From the NCBI GenBank assembly GCA_002269645.1, contig NIVC01000012.1, positions 1,364,001 through 1,428,000 of the forward strand: a stretch of 64,000 bases of DNA, given 5' to 3'. Every line of letters starts with the position of its first letter. Position 1 is the stretch's first letter. Under the pieces are notes generated by a model that worked only from the letters and a program-made list of their open reading frames with translations, searched no databases and had not been told where the DNA came from. This stretch comes from Macrostomum lignano. Lineage: Eukaryota. Below are positions 59,201 to 64,000 of the stretch, piece after piece. The translations under genes were made by a program, and so were the position numbers.

Positions 59201-60575
59201 ATCAGAACTTCCGCCTCTTTGTCCGCTGCGTCGAATTCAACGGACGGCGCAACCGGTAGCGATGGTCGCTTCCTTGCCGCGGCGGCCGCCTCCTGGCGAC
59301 CCGGAAACGGCGGAAAATTCGACGACAACGAGGATACCGCCAATGACGTCGATGACAATGACAGTGTCGAGGACTTTGAAGAGCCCGGATACGCCTACAT
59401 CAAGGACGTCCTGCCGCAGCGGCAGAGCAACTCCACGGCCGGTGAGTCCGACACTGATCAGCCAAACGAAGCCGCCAACGGACCGCGCTCCGGCAGCGTC
59501 TGGGATTTTCGTCGACTAATTCGCGACCTTCGCGGCAATCGTCGACGACAAACTTCGACGGACGACGAATCGACAGCGGAACCGGTGAAGCGGCATCGAA
59601 GCGACGACTGCATGCTGAAGGACTCGCCGGGAAAGCAACAACAGCAGAAGAATAATAATCAGCAACAAACGGGCAAGCCGATCGACCAGAAAAAGAAGAA
59701 AAAACAGCATGACCAGCAGCAGCAGGCATCAACCAAGTCCAATCTGAGACGCAAGCTGTCCCGCTCGCTCAGCTTCTTTTCTGCTCCAGCCGCGAAGCTG
59801 CTTGGAGGCAGCGGTGGCGGCGGCGGCGGCGGCGTCAGCGGCTCGGCCAGTCAGTCAAAGCAGCTGAACGCCAGCAACCATCACCTGCGCACTGCGGCCG
59901 CGTCTGCGTCAGCAACTAACGACTCGATTGACTCCCAGTTCCAGATGCTGCCAACGCCTCCACCGGCTGCCCATCAACAGGTATCGGCCTCGATTCCTCA
60001 TCAGCAAGGATTGGAGCAGCAGCAGCAGCAGCAGCGGCAGTTACAGCAACAAAATTCGCCAGTAGCTCCCCGAGACCCTGCCTCGGTCATGTCCACCTGT
60101 CTTGATGCTGTCGGTGCTCTGTCCGCCGATCATCGGCGTCGGAGGAGTCGCCTAGCCGAGTTTTTGCTGAGCCCGCCGGCCCTGCCGCTGCACCGAGTTC
60201 CCGACTGGCTGCAGCGATGCTCGGCGTCAAAAACCTCGTCAGAGACGGCGGCTGCAGCCGCTTCATCCACCTCTGCATCAGTCACCTTTGCATCTCCGTT
60301 AACTACGTTTCCAACTGCGTCTTCAGTCTCAGCGAAAGCCAAGACGCTGACATCCGCTGGCCTGTCCGCGTGCGACAGCCTGTCTGGCAGCGTTGGGGAG
60401 CATCTGGACCTGCTGGCGCGGCGGTTCGCCGTTGGCGTCGCCTCCGATTTTGAGACGGCGGTGACCACGACGAAAACTACGAAGTCGACAACAACGACAG
60501 GATCGATGGCGGCGTCAGCGGCTCTGCTGAGGCAGGCGAAATCACCGGCTGGAGGCTTGGATAGACTGTCTAGCG
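54594..60575 (+). CDS. Large low-complexity protein with an N-terminal helical region resembling the WAVE/NHS homology domain; exons 54594-55131, 56324-56760, 58459-58750, 59145-60575 (3' end unresolved; read-through stop at 60673)
   Basis: Splice phases 1, 0, 1 link four ORFs in frame (~900 aa). The segment MKAIHERTARLRQRIQDL resembles the WHD 'R...LQ.RI..L' helix by eye only. Confidence 0.7.
56101..56280. repeat. (CAGA)n tetranucleotide microsatellite with CACTAAGA interruptions
   Basis: Direct reading. Confidence 0.98.
56828..57192. repeat. 23-bp minisatellite (AGAGCAGTGATCCTTAGCCCTAC)
   Basis: About 16 near-perfect units. Confidence 0.98.
57898..58112. repeat. 23-bp minisatellite (CAGGGTTGCCAGGGACGCTAAAA)
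   Basis: About 9 units. Confidence 0.95.
58790..59120. repeat. 21/22-bp minisatellite (GTGTAGTTTGAGGCGC(A/C)ATCG(G))
   Basis: About 15 units filling intron 58751-59144. Confidence 0.96.
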
Positions 60576-60614
60576 GTAAGTGGCGCTTTGGAATCCTGGA
60601 CGATTTTTCCGATG

Positions 60615-60900
60615 GCAGTCACGTGACTTTTATATTTATAGCCACGAGATCTATCCGACTTGAGTTCACGTGATTTGTTCTGTTTATAGCCACGAGATCC
60701 ATCCACAGATACTAAATACTAGTATCTGTGGATCCATCCGACTTGAGGTCACGTGATTTGTTCTATTTATAGCCACGAGATCTATCCGATTTGAAGTCAC
60801 GCGATTTATTCTATTTATAGCCACGAGATCTATCCGATTTGAAGTCACGTGATTTATTCTGTTTTATAGTGATTAATCCATTTTAAGTCACGTGAATTTT
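60615..60900. repeat. 48-bp tandem repeat containing TCACGTGA
   Basis: Period 48 (60640/60688 and 60771/60819). Confidence 0.88.
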
Positions 60901-61064
60901 CGGAATTGATTTGAAGTCGTTCGTTAGGAATTAGATCATGCAGACACCCACTAGCTTTTCGTGTACAAACTGTTGAGCGCAAATCGATCAAATTAAAGGT
61001 TGTATTTTCAATCGCAAAGCGAAAAAACGTTCGAATTAAAAAGGCACTTGAGCCATCAGTTCTG

Positions 61065-62464
61065 CTAGTCCTCCTCCGGCTTTGTAGTCCTGTCAAGGAC
61101 CTCGCGGTCCGTGGTCGGCTTCGGTTCTGTAGGCCGGTGCAGCACGAACTTCTTGAAGCAGGGCACGCACATCAGGTCGCCGTGTTTAAAGCTGAACGGC
61201 CGGCCCATGAGGTTGTCGTTGCATTTGAAGCAGCAGAAGTGCTCCGCGTGCCAGGTCTTGCCGTTGGAGGTGACCCATTTGCCGAGAATTGGCCGCTTGC
61301 ACTCGTGACACTTCGGGGCGCCTGTCTGCTCGTAGCAGGGCTCGCAGTAGTATTCACCATTCTGTACGTAGTACTTGATGGCTAGCAGAGGCTGTTCGCA
61401 CTCCTTGCAGCGTTTAACCTCTGGTGTTTTGGCAATTGTTAAATAGAAACTCATGCTGGCTGGCAAGAACCATTTCTAAGAATAATAATTGCGTTTGAAT
61501 TGGTGCCAAAGTAATCAAATTTCTTAATCATAATTCTAATTAGTCATGGTTTAAGGGGTTGAAGCCTAGCGGTCAGAGAGTCGGACTCATGACTGAAAGG
61601 TGTCCTTGTGTTTGTGTCCTTGAGCAAGATACTCAACTCTGTATTGCTTCAGTTCAACCAGCTGTGAAATGGGTGCCAGCATTAGCTGGGGTAATTGAGG
61701 GTGTGTGTGGTGACCCCTAATTGAGGCTGTGTGTGGCGACCCCTAATTGAGGGTGTGTGCGGCGACCCCCAGGGGTGATTGAGGCTGTGTGTGGCGACCC
61801 CTAATTGAGGGTGTGTGCGGCGACCCCCAGGGGTGATTGAGGCTGTGTGTGGCGACCCTTAATTGAGGGTGTGTGTGGCGACCCCTAATTGGGGGTGTGT
61901 GTGGCGACCCCTAATTGGGGGTGTGTGTGGCGACCCCTAATTGAGGGTGTGTGTGGCGAGGCGACCCCTCCCTATGGCGACCCCCCTCCCCAGCTCTTGA
62001 ACTGAACAGCCGTACGCAGCCTTCAGATGCGCCGCGCAATAGCAGCGGCTGAGCTGTCGGTTGCACATCTGCCTAGTAGGGCAGGTGTAATCAAATATTG
62101 GCAGCTATTTTTTATTACTAATTACAGTATATTAGGTAGTATAGGTAGTAAATATTAGGTAAAACTCACTCGCGCTAGCTGGTGGATTCTTGGAATTTTT
62201 GCACACGTTGCACACCGGCTGGTCCTCGAAGATTGCAAAGGTGTCGTCCTCGATCATCTTGTGACAGACGACGCACTTGAAGTGATCAGGGTGCCATTCC
62301 TTCTCCATGGCGCACAGCTTGTTGCCGAATATTGGTTTACCGCAGCCTCCGCACTTGCTAGAGGCCAGAATCTTGTAACAGCTCGGGCAATAAACTCGGC
62401 CTCGTTTAACAGCGTATCGGTCGGATTTTTTTAGCAACTTTTTGCACACTTGACATTTTTCCAT
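61065..62464 (-). CDS. LIM-only protein; complement(join(61065..61420,62170..62464)), 216 aa; half-LIM + LIM + half-LIM + LIM
   Basis: CX2C-X18-CX2C single fingers and full CX2C...WHxxHFxCxxC...CxxC LIM domains. Donor GTGAGT at 62169 and acceptor CAG at 61421 are both phase 1. Confidence 0.88.
61555..62099 (+). mobile_element. tRNA/CORE-like SINE copy B (B box deleted, internal segment tandemly amplified at 61695-61980)
   Basis: Colinear with copy A from the head GGTCAGAGAGTCGGACT to the tail GCAGGTGTAATCAA; lies in the LIM gene intron. Confidence 0.85.
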
Positions 62465-62719
62465 TTATGGCGAGTCTTTATCGTTTTGATTGCCGCATTT
62501 CCTATCCTTTCGGTTAGGGCTGGCCGGCTTGGGTGTTGGAGTTGTGTTTCTCACCTTCAATCCTGCTGCAGCAATACTCAGCTGGCTTCCAACTGTCTAT
62601 GGCTGAACTCTAAGGGCTCTAACGCGTCTGAGTTTCCAGCCCGGTCACGTGCTGCGATAATTGTCCTTGGGCTTGTCCTGAAATTTGCGTCCATGAGAAT
62701 GCCAGAGTTAACCACCAGA

Positions 62720-63062
62720 CCCTCAGATCCTCAGCTGCAGGGCCCGCCTCCCAGATCCTCAGTTGCTGGGCCAGCCTCCCAGATCCTCAGTTGCTGGGTC
62801 AGCCTCCCAGATCCTCAGTTGCTGGGCCAGCCTCCCAGATTCTCAGTTGCTGGGCCAGCCTCCCAGATTCTCAGTTGCTGGGCCAGCCTCCCAGAGTGTC
62901 AGTTGCAGGGCCTGCCTCCCAGATCCTCAGTTGCTGGGCCAGCCTCCCAGATCCTCAGTTGCTGGGCCAGCCTCCCAGATTCTCAGTTGCTGGGCCAGCC
63001 TCCCAGATTCTCAGTTGCTGGGCCAGCCTCCCAGATTCTCAGTTGCTGGGCCAGCCTTCCAG
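62720..63062. repeat. 28-bp minisatellite (TCCCAGATCCTCAGTTGCTGGGCCAGCC)
   Basis: About 12 units; same family as 40125-40445, in the opposite orientation. Confidence 0.96.
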
Positions 63063-63104
63063 ATCCTTAAAACGAGCGTTGCTCATTTAGAACTCGTTTT
63101 GGAG

Positions 63105-63560
63105 TCATAAGAGTCAGTCTATAGGGTCATAAGAGTCAGTCCAGGGTCATAAGACTCCAGTCTAGGCGTCATAAGAGTCATTCCAGGGTCAAGAAGAGAA
63201 AATAAAAAGAAAGGAGAGATAAAAGAGATAGAGAAAAGAGGAGAGAGAAATAGAAAGATAAGAGTCAGTCCAGGGGTCGTAAGAGTCAGTCCAGGGTCAT
63301 AAGAGTCAGTCCAGGGTCATAAGAGTCAGTCCAGGGTCATAAGAGTTAGTCCAGGGTCATAAGAGTTAGTCCAGGGTCATAAGAGTCAGTCCAGGGTCAT
63401 AAGAGTCAGTCCAGGGTCATAAGAGTCAGTCCAGGGTCATAAGAGTCAGTCCAGGGTCATAAGAGTCAGTCCAGGGTCATAAGAGTCAGTCCAGGGTCAT
63501 AAGAGTCAGTCCAGGGTCATAAGAGTCAGTCCAGGGTCATAAGAGTCAGTCCAGGGGTCA
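63105..63560. repeat. 20-bp minisatellite (AAGAGTCAGTCCAGGGTCAT) with a GA-rich interruption
   Basis: About 18 units. Confidence 0.96.
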
Positions 63561-64000
63561 TAAGAGTTAGCTTAGCGGTCAGAACTATAACACATTGGCA
63601 TATTGGATAATAATATATGTTTATTTCTCTTGTAGTCTGTTTTTAAGTTGCTGCGTCAGTTTGGGGTCACAAGGTCAATCGGGGTCAGAGAGTCAGACAG
63701 TCAACCCCTTCCCCAAACAATAAACTATTAAATATATTATCCATGCAATTTTGCACTACTCAAGACTTGTCTACCTTCTAGATTTAATCCGCTACCACAA
63801 AGCGCGCAAAAAAATGATTTGGCTAATTAATTGGCATTATAAATCATATCTATCAATTATGAATGCTCGTAACTGCTGCGTATTACGAGTATTTGAAGAA
63901 TAGAGAAGGGAGTTAAAGCTATGTGTAGCCTCACTCCCACTGACTCAGACTGGGCGGGTTGAAGGCTTTGGGTGGGCTTGGCCAAGGACGTCTTAAACAT

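Noticed and set aside
60576-60673. Read-through C-terminus of the 484-aa ORF
   Set aside because: A strong GTAAGT donor lies at 60576 and the extension runs into a 48-bp tandem repeat; probably intronic, although no convincing terminal exon was found.
62450-63110. 206-aa plus-strand ORF with a signal-like start
   Set aside because: More than half is the 28-bp minisatellite, it overlaps the LIM gene start on the opposite strand, and it has no domain content.
36440-63560. CRISPR-like appearance of 20-31-bp repeats
   Set aside because: The units are head-to-tail without unique spacers, there are no cas genes, and the context is eukaryotic.

Overview
Repeat-rich animal genomic DNA with GT-AG introns. 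The organism is inferred to be an invertebrate; the poly-Ala/Gln/Gly-rich proteins and dense minisatellites resemble a free-living flatworm such as Macrostomum, but this is not proven. Genes in order: the 3' part of a Shaw/Kv3 K+ channel (+; T1 exon not seen in the window), a tail-to-tail pair of DEG/ENaC channels (+/-), a cluster of PAN/Apple + C-type lectin copies (one intact, one inverted pseudogene, one frameshifted), a GT32 DXD glycosyltransferase (+), a 9-exon par-3 (-) with a single 1-nt frame break, a divergently transcribed ~900-aa protein with a possible WAVE/NHS-like N-terminus (+), and a two-exon LIM gene (-). Mobile DNA comprises a Harbinger-type MITE, an RTE-like LINE fragment, a 666-bp Penelope-like insertion with a 13-bp TSD, inverted ends and a hammerhead-like core, tRNA/CORE-type SINEs, an unclassified dispersed repeat, and more than 20 tandem arrays, mostly intronic. 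The strongest leads are: (1) the minus-strand DEG/ENaC, which keeps only 6 extracellular Cys and has Val at the degenerin site; (2) the lectin cluster, with localized binding-site divergence, paired disulfide loss and mosaic or inverted copies; (3) the Penelope hammerhead pair. All exon boundaries and alignments were made by eye from the sequence and from remembered family consensus; no database search was run.
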